In this document: positions 16,295 to 25,042 of the stretch, one piece after another
Layout of the letters: each line of letters opens with the position of its first letter
How positions within the stretch are numbered: position 1 is the stretch's first letter
Source: Poseidonia sp.
GTDB lineage: Archaea > Thermoplasmatota > Poseidoniia > Poseidoniales > Poseidoniaceae
Direction: 5' to 3'
DNA length: 64,000 bases
Assembly: GCA_049627345.1 (NCBI GenBank)
Contig: JBMZXF010000001.1
Span: 12,635-76,634 of the forward strand
Made by a program: the position numbers and the translations under genes
Notes under the pieces: model-generated
The model's database searches: none
What the model was told of the DNA's origin: nothing
What the model saw: only the letters and a program-made list of their open reading frames with translations

Positions 16295-19200
16295 TCAAGC
16301 ACCGTTGTTCGCCGCCTCAAAGGTCAACATGATCTGCCCGTTCGGGCCAAACGCTACCACGGGAACGTAGCCGTCGTGAGGCGTCGTCTCGAGGGAGGCG
16401 AGGATGTTGTCCACGGCGTCCTTGGGCAAGCGCAATGCAAAACCTTCGCCCGTATCGAGCAGGCCGCTGTGTCCGGCACGTGGCGGAGTTTGGACGATCT
16501 TCTGGGCAACTTTGCCGTCCCACGAGAGGAACTCTTCGCAGTGGGGGCAGACAAATTCACCAACCTCGCCGTGGTCCAATCCAAAGCGTTCAGAGCAGTG
16601 TGGACATGGGACTTCGACCACATCTTCTTCCTCAGCAACCTCAGCAACAACGGCTTCGGTCGAGGCTCGTACCGGCTCGGGTTCGTCATCGTCGTCAAGG
16701 TCAAGCGTGGCATCGTCCTCTTCATCTGGGACGACCAGTACATCCTCCTCATCTTCGACCTCAACCACCGGCTCAGGGGTCGTTTCCTTGGGTGTTGGTT
16801 CGACAGGTGTTGTGACGGCCGGTGAGGGCGCCGCCGTTCCACCCGTTGAACCTGCTTGGGGCAGAGCAGCGACCTCTTGGTAGATGCCATCGTCTTCGTT
16901 CATGCGCTGCATGAACAGGAAACCGAAGCCAAGGGCCACCATGCCGCTCATCACCGTGGCAATGGCGCTGAACAGCTCGCTGTCGAGTGAATTCGCAAAC
17001 AGGAAGGCCGTGAGGATGGCGCCGTAGCCACCCACGCCTCTTCTCCAGCGAGCATCGGCTTCTTCGCTGAAGCCCTGGATGCCGAGGATCACGAGGTAGA
17101 CCGTCGTCAGCAAGTAGGCCATGGATTCAAGGTTCAAACTGTCAAACATGATGAACAAACCAATGATGGAATAGAGCACACCGCTCATGCCCAAGCGGTC
17201 CATGAAAGCAAAGAAGGCCTCGTCGTTGTCCCAATCAAAGGATTCGTAGTCGTAGATGAGGTCGTCTTTTGCTGACATCAATGTGAGGAGAACGCCTTGC
17301 ACGGCAAGGGTCAGACCGGTCATGGTTTGACGCTGCTCATCCGTGCCAATTTCGGCTTGTGCCATCATGTTGACGATGCTGAAGGTGAGCAAAATAGGAA
17401 GCGCAATCATGCTGTTGGGGCGTCCATCCAGCAAGGCCGAGCGCCCGAGCAACAACAACCCAATGACGGGGCCAACCCCGTAGAACACGGAGTAGCCAGC
17501 GACGAAAGCCAAGGCTGCGATTTGCGTGGCCAGCGCAGCGGTCGAATCCGCCAACTTGATTTCGTCCTCGGTCTCAGGGGGCGTTCGGAACAAGGTTCCG
17601 TAGTGGTGCATGACAGCCATCGTGGTACCGACAAAGCCGGTGATGACACCGCTCCATCCCCATGCATCGGCATCGGTGATCGGCTGGAAGGTGGAACTCA
17701 AAGCAAACCCGATGTAGAGCGAAACGAACAAGGCGCCAAGCATGTAGGGCAGCACCTTGCTGTTGTCGGTGTACCAGAAGTACGGGATGAGGAACAAACA
17801 GCCCAAGGCAGGAGCCCAGTAGCCATCCGGGATGGCAGAAAACAAACCGAACATGAGCCAGACGCCCATGGCCAGGAGGACCAACGTGGATTCGGCCTCG
17901 TCACTTTTGTGGGTGAGCACACCGGACAGGCCGAGGCTCATCTGTACGAGAACGATCAAACCGATGAAGGCAGGATAGGGTCCGTTGTGGTCATCCACCA
18001 GGTAATCCGCAATGTTGGCGGGGGCAGTGTTGAGCAACTCGCCAAAGACGCCGTGGGTAAACCACCCATCACCTTGGAACACATAGACGACGGGGAGCAA
18101 GGCCAAAATCCAGTAGAATCGATATTGCATGGTGCGCCAGGTCACGAGGGCCAAGATCGGCAGGAAGAGCACGCCACCCGAGGTGTCCAGCATGCCCAGC
18201 AAAATGAGCATCAAGTAGGTCACGGCGTCGCTGGACCTGTTCAAACCGTCCGTATCAAGTCCTCTGCGGGCGATGACGACGTTGGCGATCAGCGGTGCGC
18301 TGACCAGAATAAGGTCGAGCAGGAGGGTGGTGGTGTTGATGCCTTCTCCGCTGCCCCAAAGGTCAGGACCGAGCGAAAGGGAAAGCGGCGCAGCGATGAA
18401 GACCAGCAGGGTCACCGCCGAGGCTCGTGTGGCGGAACTGATGGTGTCCATGTTGACCACTTCGCGAATCAGCATGCCGACGGGCAGCGCCATGAGCAAG
18501 ACGAGGTAGGGCTGGTCCGACCACGTCGCTGTTTTGACGCCGCTCACGGTGAAGGTGAACAGCATCAACGAGGTCAGCAGGCTGAATCGTGCCAGCGGCG
18601 TCAAGGCCCCATTGAGGATTCGTTGCTCGTTATCGATGAGGTCGGGCGACTGGACCTCCCACGTGTTGGTTTCCTTGTTATAGGTCATTTCGCCTTCGCC
18701 GCCTTGGCCCAACCAAGCGTAGATGGAACCTGCATCCAACTCGATGTTCGCTGCCTTTGCAGCGAGGGCGTACATGGCCACGCTCAAGACCAAGAACTGG
18801 GGTCGGAAACCCATGTCGACCAGGCCATCAAACGCTCCATTGGGCGGGAGTTTGAGGTTGTCCAGCAGGGCCAACAGCAGAATGGTGATGGCGGTGAACG
18901 CCAAGGCAAGGGTCAGATCCTTGCGTTCCTTGAGTGAGGGGGTCTTGATGGACGTCATCATGCTGTAGTTCATGGTGCACATGTAGGCGATGAGGAGCCA
19001 AGGGAGGAACCACTCGGGGTCGAGGACAGCTCGTGAAAGGATCACAGCGCCGAGCATGGCGAGACTGGTGCTCGTTTCGATCTTCTTCTGACGGCGTCCG
19101 AATTCGGAGACGGCCACCAAAAAGATGGGGATGAGCACGTGCAACCACGTGCCTCCGTACGTGGCTTGGGCCGAGAGGCCTTCCTCGATGCCAATCCAAT

Positions 19201-20512
19201 CGCTGAGCAGGTACGATGCACTGAACGCCAGAAGCGTGATGTTGATGACCCACGATCGTGCAACCTTGGAAATGAACACCATGTAGGGGATGACGATCAT
19301 GCTCAACACCCACGGCAATGTTGACGCTTCCTGCGGGAGCGCCATCAGGGCCACGGCCAAGCCGATGGGCATCCATGGCACTCGCTGCTGGAGCACGGCT
19401 GGGAAGTAAGCGAGCAGCACGGTCACCCAAAGGGCCACAGGGATGTTGACATAAGCGGCTAATTCGGGATAATCACTGGCCCTGAAGGGGCCCAAGATGA
19501 GGTTGAAATCGGGTGCTGTTCGAACCAGAGCAATGGCCACGACGACCATGCCGATGAGGACCACTGAGGCACGTTCCATGACCTCTTTGCGCAGGTCGGG
19601 GCGCGCTGCATAATACCCTTGCATGGCGATGACGAAGACCATCAAGGAAAGGGCGCCGCCCGCTCCGTCGACAGGGGCATTGTCGTTCAGCATCTCGTAG
19701 ATGATGGGCACCACGCCGGCGGCCACGGCCACCACCACGAAGTTCAGCGCACGGTTGGAACGGAGGGCCATCTCCATCGACACGAAACAAATGAACACAA
19801 TCGCAAGACCCAATTCCCAACTGACAACGTTTTCTGACCAACGAATCCACGGCCCAACACCCGCCAAGAGCACGGCCATGGGGGCGTAGGTGGCGACGCC
19901 CCATCCGAAACTGGTGTCGCCGCTGTATCGGCGAAGAAGTCGGTAGTGGCCAAAGGTCAACAGCAGGCAGGTCACGGTTTGCGCATAGATGCCGTTGGCA
20001 TTGGGCGACCAGTCGGTGTCGGTGAAGGCGCTGGGCTCACCGAACCAATCAAGTTCCAGGGTACCCGTGGCGTAGCCCATCAAAAACCGGGTTCCCCAAA
20101 GCGTTCCGACGGTGGAAAAGAAGAAGGCAATGCCGAGGAAATAATTCTGGATGTCATGCAGCCGATACCCGTTTTTCTTGCTTTGAAGTTCAATCAGTAC
20201 GATGGAAACAGCAAACGATGCGAGGCCACCGACGAAGAGGACCAGGAAATTTTGGTTGGTGGCTTCCTCATCAAAGGCCACGCTGAACACGCCGCCCCAA
20301 ATGGACAGGAAACCGATGCCCATCATCACGATTTGAGAGAGTTTCATCAGGAACATGTCGTCCTTGTTGAGATTGGCATTGGGCCGAACCATCGTGATGG
20401 TGCCTGGTTCTGGGGCGCTATCGGCCATGACGCCGCCCGAAAGGGCAGGCCCGCTCGGCGCAGGGGTGGTTTTCATTCGGACGGGTGCGGTTTTTCTCCT
20501 TGGCGCTGCCAT
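16295..20512 (-). CDS. very large polytopic membrane protein with acidic linker and Zn-ribbon near the C-terminus
   Basis: 1405 aa, roughly 30 or more hydrophobic segments; CPHC...CPHC at 16538-16606. Confidence 0.85.
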   Translation of the reverse strand: MAAPRRKTAPVRMKTTPAPSGPALSGGVMADSAPEPGTITMVRPNANLNKDDMFLMKLSQIVMMGIGFLSIWGGVFSVAFDEEATNQNFLVLFVGGLASFAVSIVLIELQSKKNGYRLHDIQNYFLGIAFFFSTVGTLWGTRFLMGYATGTLELDWFGEPSAFTDTDWSPNANGIYAQTVTCLLLTFGHYRLLRRYSGDTSFGWGVATYAPMAVLLAGVGPWIRWSENVVSWELGLAIVFICFVSMEMALRSNRALNFVVVAVAAGVVPIIYEMLNDNAPVDGAGGALSLMVFVIAMQGYYAARPDLRKEVMERASVVLIGMVVVAIALVRTAPDFNLILGPFRASDYPELAAYVNIPVALWVTVLLAYFPAVLQQRVPWMPIGLAVALMALPQEASTLPWVLSMIVIPYMVFISKVARSWVINITLLAFSASYLLSDWIGIEEGLSAQATYGGTWLHVLIPIFLVAVSEFGRRQKKIETSTSLAMLGAVILSRAVLDPEWFLPWLLIAYMCTMNYSMMTSIKTPSLKERKDLTLALAFTAITILLLALLDNLKLPPNGAFDGLVDMGFRPQFLVLSVAMYALAAKAANIELDAGSIYAWLGQGGEGEMTYNKETNTWEVQSPDLIDNEQRILNGALTPLARFSLLTSLMLFTFTVSGVKTATWSDQPYLVLLMALPVGMLIREVVNMDTISSATRASAVTLLVFIAAPLSLSLGPDLWGSGEGINTTTLLLDLILVSAPLIANVVIARRGLDTDGLNRSSDAVTYLMLILLGMLDTSGGVLFLPILALVTWRTMQYRFYWILALLPVVYVFQGDGWFTHGVFGELLNTAPANIADYLVDDHNGPYPAFIGLIVLVQMSLGLSGVLTHKSDEAESTLVLLAMGVWLMFGLFSAIPDGYWAPALGCLFLIPYFWYTDNSKVLPYMLGALFVSLYIGFALSSTFQPITDADAWGWSGVITGFVGTTMAVMHHYGTLFRTPPETEDEIKLADSTAALATQIAALAFVAGYSVFYGVGPVIGLLLLGRSALLDGRPNSMIALPILLTFSIVNMMAQAEIGTDEQRQTMTGLTLAVQGVLLTLMSAKDDLIYDYESFDWDNDEAFFAFMDRLGMSGVLYSIIGLFIMFDSLNLESMAYLLTTVYLVILGIQGFSEEADARWRRGVGGYGAILTAFLFANSLDSELFSAIATVMSGMVALGFGFLFMQRMNEDDGIYQEVAALPQAGSTGGTAAPSPAVTTPVEPTPKETTPEPVVEVEDEEDVLVVPDEEDDATLDLDDDDEPEPVRASTEAVVAEVAEEEDVVEVPCPHCSERFGLDHGEVGEFVCPHCEEFLSWDGKVAQKIVQTPPRAGHSGLLDTGEGFALRLPKDAVDNILASLETTPHDGYVPVVAFGPNGQIMLTFEAANNGA

Positions 20513-20671
20513 GGTAATCAGTTCAAGAAGAAGAAAAGAGGATTTAATCGTTCACCCGGCGCTTCGCGTAAAGTTTCCATTTTGGAAATGAACACCCGAA
20601 GCCGAGAACGGACGCTTCTGTCCAATCAATTGAAATCCTTCCTTCAGTTGGGTTGGAGTGGAGAGATTTCA

Positions 20672-22648
20672 ATGAAGCGTCCACTCCTCAGCATGCTTTG
20701 CTTTTTCTTGATGCTCACCCCTCTGCTTGCCTCAGCCATGCCGGTCCATTCCACTGAATCAGGTGAGGCAGAAGATGCATGGTGGCACACCACCAACATG
20801 GACAAGAACGACAACAAGATTGCCGACATGGTCGAAAAATACCACGACCACCCGTTGTTCTTGGACGAAGCCAACACCCTTCCGCTGATCGTCGACTTTG
20901 ACCACACACCGACCGAACAGGACGTGGCCATGCTCGAGCGAGAGGTTGGCTACATCCACGATTGGGACCTGCCGCTCATCGACGCCGTGGCTGGACGAAT
21001 CCCGCACGACATGATCCTCGAGACCACCACCCTTCCCGGCATCGTGATGTTGGAACTCGACGGTATTCTTCAGGTTCAGAACGGGGATGCGGCCGTCGTT
21101 CACGAGGTTGACCTCGCCCAACAGCAAACGGGTTACGACGGTGCGGGTGTTACGGTCGCTGTCATCGACACGGGCATCGACAGCACCCACGTTGGTCTTG
21201 ACGACCACGACGACGACAACAGCACGGACGACCCCAAGGTGATTGGTTTCTACGACCCCGTAAACAACCCGGACAAAACCAACGGTACCGAGATTCAGGC
21301 TTATGATGACCAAGGTCACGGCACCCACTGTGCCGGCACCGTTGCCGGTACGGGTGCGCCAACCTACGAGCACCCCGGGATGGCTCCACAGGCTAACCTT
21401 GTCGGTGTGAAGGTGCTGGACGCTGGCGGCTCAGGGAGCTTCTCCGTGGTCATGGCCGGCATGCAGTGGACCGTCGAAAACCGCTTCAAGTTCAACATCC
21501 GTGCCGCTTCGATGAGTCTCGGCGGGCCAGGTCCCATCGAGTGGACCTCGGACGAAGAGGACAGCGTCAACCGCTACGCCAACGAGATGGTCCGAGCGGG
21601 CATCAGCATGCTCATCGCAGCAGGTAATTCTGCTGCCTCGGCCACCATTGGGACGCCCGGCGGTGCAGAGGATGTCATCACGGTCGGTGCGCTGGACAAG
21701 GACACTTCCATCGCCGTCTACAGCAGCCAAGGTCCGACCGAAGAAGGCCGCGTGAAGCCCAACGTTGCCTTTGTCGGTTCCGATGTCATGTCGGCCCAGC
21801 ACAACTCCGGCGATGGCTACGTCGCCTTCAGCGGAACGAGCATGGCCACGCCCGGCGTGGCTGGGACCGTCGCCTTGATGCTTCAGGCCAACCCGGATTT
21901 GTCGCCCTTTGACGTGCGGAACATCTTGCAGGAAACAGCGACCTACCGCCAGTGCCACTACATGTTCGCCAACGAACCGTGCCTCGAGGATCAAATTCCC
22001 AAGAACCGTCAAAACAACGTGTACGGCCACGGCCACGTCGAGGCCTTGACCGCCGTCATGGAGGCCGCCCAGCGTGACTACCAACTCGACATGTCCGTGT
22101 CGGTCATCGTCGAGACCGAGGCCGGCAAAGACGATCGAATCCATCTTTCGCCCGGCGATGGCATTGAGATCGAACTCAGTGGCTATGTTGACTCGCTGCA
22201 GTGGCGAAGCAACCACCTCCGTGATGATTGGGCCAACCTTCATTCCTTTACTGAAGGCGACCGTTCGGCGACCTTGGACCTCACGACCATCGTCCATCAA
22301 CTCGAGCACCTGCCCGGCATCGATGTTGAGGGCAACCACACCCTTTCGCTGCGTGCGCTCATCGCCAACGAGAGCGGCGGGCACTCCGCTACCTCCATTG
22401 TTTCCGTCAACGTGATGCTGATGGACACGGCCAACGCCAAATCCTTCGGAGAAAGCGAGGGTGGCCTGCTCGGCGACTTGCCTGGTTGGGTTGCACCTGC
22501 CGTGCTTCTGTTCCTCGTTGCGCTGGTGGTGATGGGCATGATCGTCCTCAACAAGGCCGAGGATGCGATCGAAGTTGAGACCTTGACCTGGGCTCCTCTC
22601 GACCAAGACATTGAAGCCGTCGCCGACGATGCTGCTTTGCTGGATTGA
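20672..22648 (+). CDS. secreted, membrane-anchored S8 subtilisin-like serine protease
   Basis: Signal peptide; DTG, HGTHCAG, GTSMATP catalytic triad motifs; C-terminal TM. Confidence 0.95.
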   Translation: MKRPLLSMLCFFLMLTPLLASAMPVHSTESGEAEDAWWHTTNMDKNDNKIADMVEKYHDHPLFLDEANTLPLIVDFDHTPTEQDVAMLEREVGYIHDWDLPLIDAVAGRIPHDMILETTTLPGIVMLELDGILQVQNGDAAVVHEVDLAQQQTGYDGAGVTVAVIDTGIDSTHVGLDDHDDDNSTDDPKVIGFYDPVNNPDKTNGTEIQAYDDQGHGTHCAGTVAGTGAPTYEHPGMAPQANLVGVKVLDAGGSGSFSVVMAGMQWTVENRFKFNIRAASMSLGGPGPIEWTSDEEDSVNRYANEMVRAGISMLIAAGNSAASATIGTPGGAEDVITVGALDKDTSIAVYSSQGPTEEGRVKPNVAFVGSDVMSAQHNSGDGYVAFSGTSMATPGVAGTVALMLQANPDLSPFDVRNILQETATYRQCHYMFANEPCLEDQIPKNRQNNVYGHGHVEALTAVMEAAQRDYQLDMSVSVIVETEAGKDDRIHLSPGDGIEIELSGYVDSLQWRSNHLRDDWANLHSFTEGDRSATLDLTTIVHQLEHLPGIDVEGNHTLSLRALIANESGGHSATSIVSVNVMLMDTANAKSFGESEGGLLGDLPGWVAPAVLLFLVALVVMGMIVLNKAEDAIEVETLTWAPLDQDIEAVADDAALLD

Positions 22649-22663
22649 GTAGCCACGTCAGCC

Positions 22664-23197
22664 TCAGGCGGTGCCCGAGGCCTCGTTCCACTTTTCGAGA
22701 ATCGTCGCCGTGTCGTCCAGGCGTCCTTCGTGAAGGTAGGTGATGTCGCCCTCTGCATTGACAAAGGCCAGCGAGCCCGGTCGCGTGATGTCCAAGGCCT
22801 CGGCCGTGTCAGCTCCTTTCATGAAGGCGTATGTGGTCAAATCGACGCCGGTATCGCCTTCTTCATCGTCGTGAGCGTTGGCTGAATCATGCCAGTCACT
22901 CAGGGTCATGCTGCCCGCGTTTTCCGCAGGGTCGGTGGACATCACGAGCACGGGCAGTTCGGGCTGAGCGCCCCAAATGGCGTGCATGGTGGTGTGGCAA
23001 GGGCTGTTGCACCACTCTGCCGAGAACACGACGATGTAAGCGCCACCGCTCATCCGCTCATTGTCGTAGGTCTCGCCGTTGTCGGCCACGGCGGAGAACG
23101 CCGGGAACGACTCGAGACCCTCCTCTTCTTGGGCGGTGCAACCCGTGAGAGGGAAGAGCAAAACCACCAGCACGGTCATGAGTTTGATGCGGTTCAT
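22664..23197 (-). CDS. thioredoxin-fold lipoprotein (TlpA/Sco-like, CX3C)
   Basis: Lipobox-like LTGC; FSAEWCNSPC; FVNAEGDI. Confidence 0.7.
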   Translation of the reverse strand: MNRIKLMTVLVVLLFPLTGCTAQEEEGLESFPAFSAVADNGETYDNERMSGGAYIVVFSAEWCNSPCHTTMHAIWGAQPELPVLVMSTDPAENAGSMTLSDWHDSANAHDDEEGDTGVDLTTYAFMKGADTAEALDITRPGSLAFVNAEGDITYLHEGRLDDTATILEKWNEASGTA

Positions 23198-23318
23198 GGA
23201 TTTGTGTTGTTTCTGTTTGGTATTTTTACTATTGGTTCCGGGTCAGTGGTTGAACGGTCATGCATGCGTGTTCCTCCGGTGCGACAAAGCCATTAGGAGG
23301 GCATGTTGAGCGAGCGTC

Positions 23319-24380
23319 ATGAACAAGCAGGCCCTTGGGATCGTCCTGCTGTGTTGTCTCGTGCTTCTCTCCTCGGTTTCCGCTCAGGAGCCATCGGGAA
23401 GCGACTGCGAGCCGGGCTCCTCGACCGAGGACAGGCAAGGCTGCCTCGACTCGGACGGGGACGGCTGGTCCGACCCCGACGAGGCTTGGAACGCCAGCAT
23501 GGGGGCCGATGCGTTCCCTGACAATGCATCCGAGCATCGTGACCTCGACGGGGACGGTATCGGTGACATCGCCGACCCTGACATGGACGGCGATGGCGCC
23601 AACGACGACGTCGATGTCTGGCCTGAGGACGCCGTCATCTGGTCCGATACCGACGGCGATGGCTACGCCGACCAAGGCCTTCACGCGCTGAGCGATAATT
23701 GTCCAAACATCTACGGAAAGAGCAAAATCCGTCTCATGGGATGTTCCGACATTGACGGGGATTTCATGCCCGACGAATACGATGACGATGCCGACGGCGA
23801 TGGGATTCGAAACGAGATGGAACGTTCGGCGTCCTCGGGCACCATTCTGTACGATCCGTACAACCCAAATTCCGTCCCTCCCGATGCAGACCAAGACACC
23901 ATTCCGGACGTGCTTGACCCCGACAACGACAACGACGGATGGCCTGACGATGTGGAACTTGACCGTGGTTCAGATATTTTTGACGAACAAAGTACTCCGT
24001 TCACGATGTACTTTGGAGCCAACACCGGCATTTTCTACACCGGTGGACTCGGTGCAGGCTCGTTTAGTTTTGAGTACGATACGGACTACGTGGAGATATC
24101 CCTCTCTTTTGTGGCTGAAATCGTCTTTGAAGAATTGGTCATCCCGCTGTTGCTGGTTCCGATTTATGTTGCCTTGTTCGTTGCTCGACGAAACGAATTC
24201 ATGCGCCTCTTGGGTGAAGTCGAAACCGCAGAGTCTTGCGATGTGCTTCGAAAAATTGAGACCGAGGTCAACGAGGCGGTCAAGGAACGCAACATCAAGG
24301 TCTACCACGGGCTGGTTCTCCGAAACGCCATTGAAGTTGCAGAAGGTGACTTATCTGGAGCCAATTCTGAACAGGAATAA
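23319..24380 (+). CDS. thrombospondin type-3 repeat (Ca-binding DxDGDG) membrane protein
   Basis: Signal peptide, repeated DSDGDG/DLDGDG/DTDGDG, C-terminal TM and cytoplasmic tail. Confidence 0.85.
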   Translation: MNKQALGIVLLCCLVLLSSVSAQEPSGSDCEPGSSTEDRQGCLDSDGDGWSDPDEAWNASMGADAFPDNASEHRDLDGDGIGDIADPDMDGDGANDDVDVWPEDAVIWSDTDGDGYADQGLHALSDNCPNIYGKSKIRLMGCSDIDGDFMPDEYDDDADGDGIRNEMERSASSGTILYDPYNPNSVPPDADQDTIPDVLDPDNDNDGWPDDVELDRGSDIFDEQSTPFTMYFGANTGIFYTGGLGAGSFSFEYDTDYVEISLSFVAEIVFEELVIPLLLVPIYVALFVARRNEFMRLLGEVETAESCDVLRKIETEVNEAVKERNIKVYHGLVLRNAIEVAEGDLSGANSEQE

Positions 24381-24439
24381 GTGGCCACTGACCCCCAATC
24401 ATCAAGAAGTTCTTCCACTACGGCAAGGCGGGGACGACC

Positions 24440-25042
24440 ATGGTTGGCGAAGAACATGTCTCAATGATTCCTGCCCCTGAAGGAAAGCGATGGGCTGCAA
24501 CCGTGAACGGGCGTCCCTTCGAGGTGTTGGCGCCCAGCAACGCCGTCTTGCTGGATGTGCTTCGCGATAAGGTCGGCACACTCGGCGTGAAGCGCGGATG
24601 CGACCTTGGCACCTGTGGATGCTGCACGGTCATGATCGACGGTGTTCCAAAACTGTCGTGTCTAACCCTGGCTGGTCAGGTCCAGGGTGCCGAGATTATC
24701 ACGGTCGAGGGCCTGTCCGACGGCGCTCATTTGGCGCCCATTCAAACCTGCTTTGCGACCCACGGCGGGTCACAATGCGGGTTCTGTACGCCGGGGTTCC
24801 TCATCGCTTCCCAAGCACTGCTTAACGAGAACAACAACCCGACTCGAGATGAGATCGCGTGCGCCATCGAGGGCAACCTGTGCCGCTGCACGGGCTATCA
24901 GCAAATCATTGACTCCATCGAGGCTGCCGCTGCCATTCACCGAGGCGATGCTGCCGCCGCTGCACCTGCCAGCGACCCGCATCCAGACCCTCATCCTTCC
25001 GGGCCTGAGGAGCCCACCATGCCGCCCGGCCATGCGAAGTGA
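24440..25042 (+). CDS. molybdenum hydroxylase small subunit, 2x[2Fe-2S] (HcrC/CoxS-like)
   Basis: GCDLGTCGCCTV...SC, QCGFCTPG, GNLCRCTGY. Confidence 0.95.
   Translation: MVGEEHVSMIPAPEGKRWAATVNGRPFEVLAPSNAVLLDVLRDKVGTLGVKRGCDLGTCGCCTVMIDGVPKLSCLTLAGQVQGAEIITVEGLSDGAHLAPIQTCFATHGGSQCGFCTPGFLIASQALLNENNNPTRDEIACAIEGNLCRCTGYQQIIDSIEAAAAIHRGDAAAAAPASDPHPDPHPSGPEEPTMPPGHAK

Noticed and set aside
20574-20588. TTTCCA-ttt-TGGAAA palindrome in the divergent spacer before the S8 protease
   Set aside because: Only 6 bp and seen once; too weak to call without conservation data.
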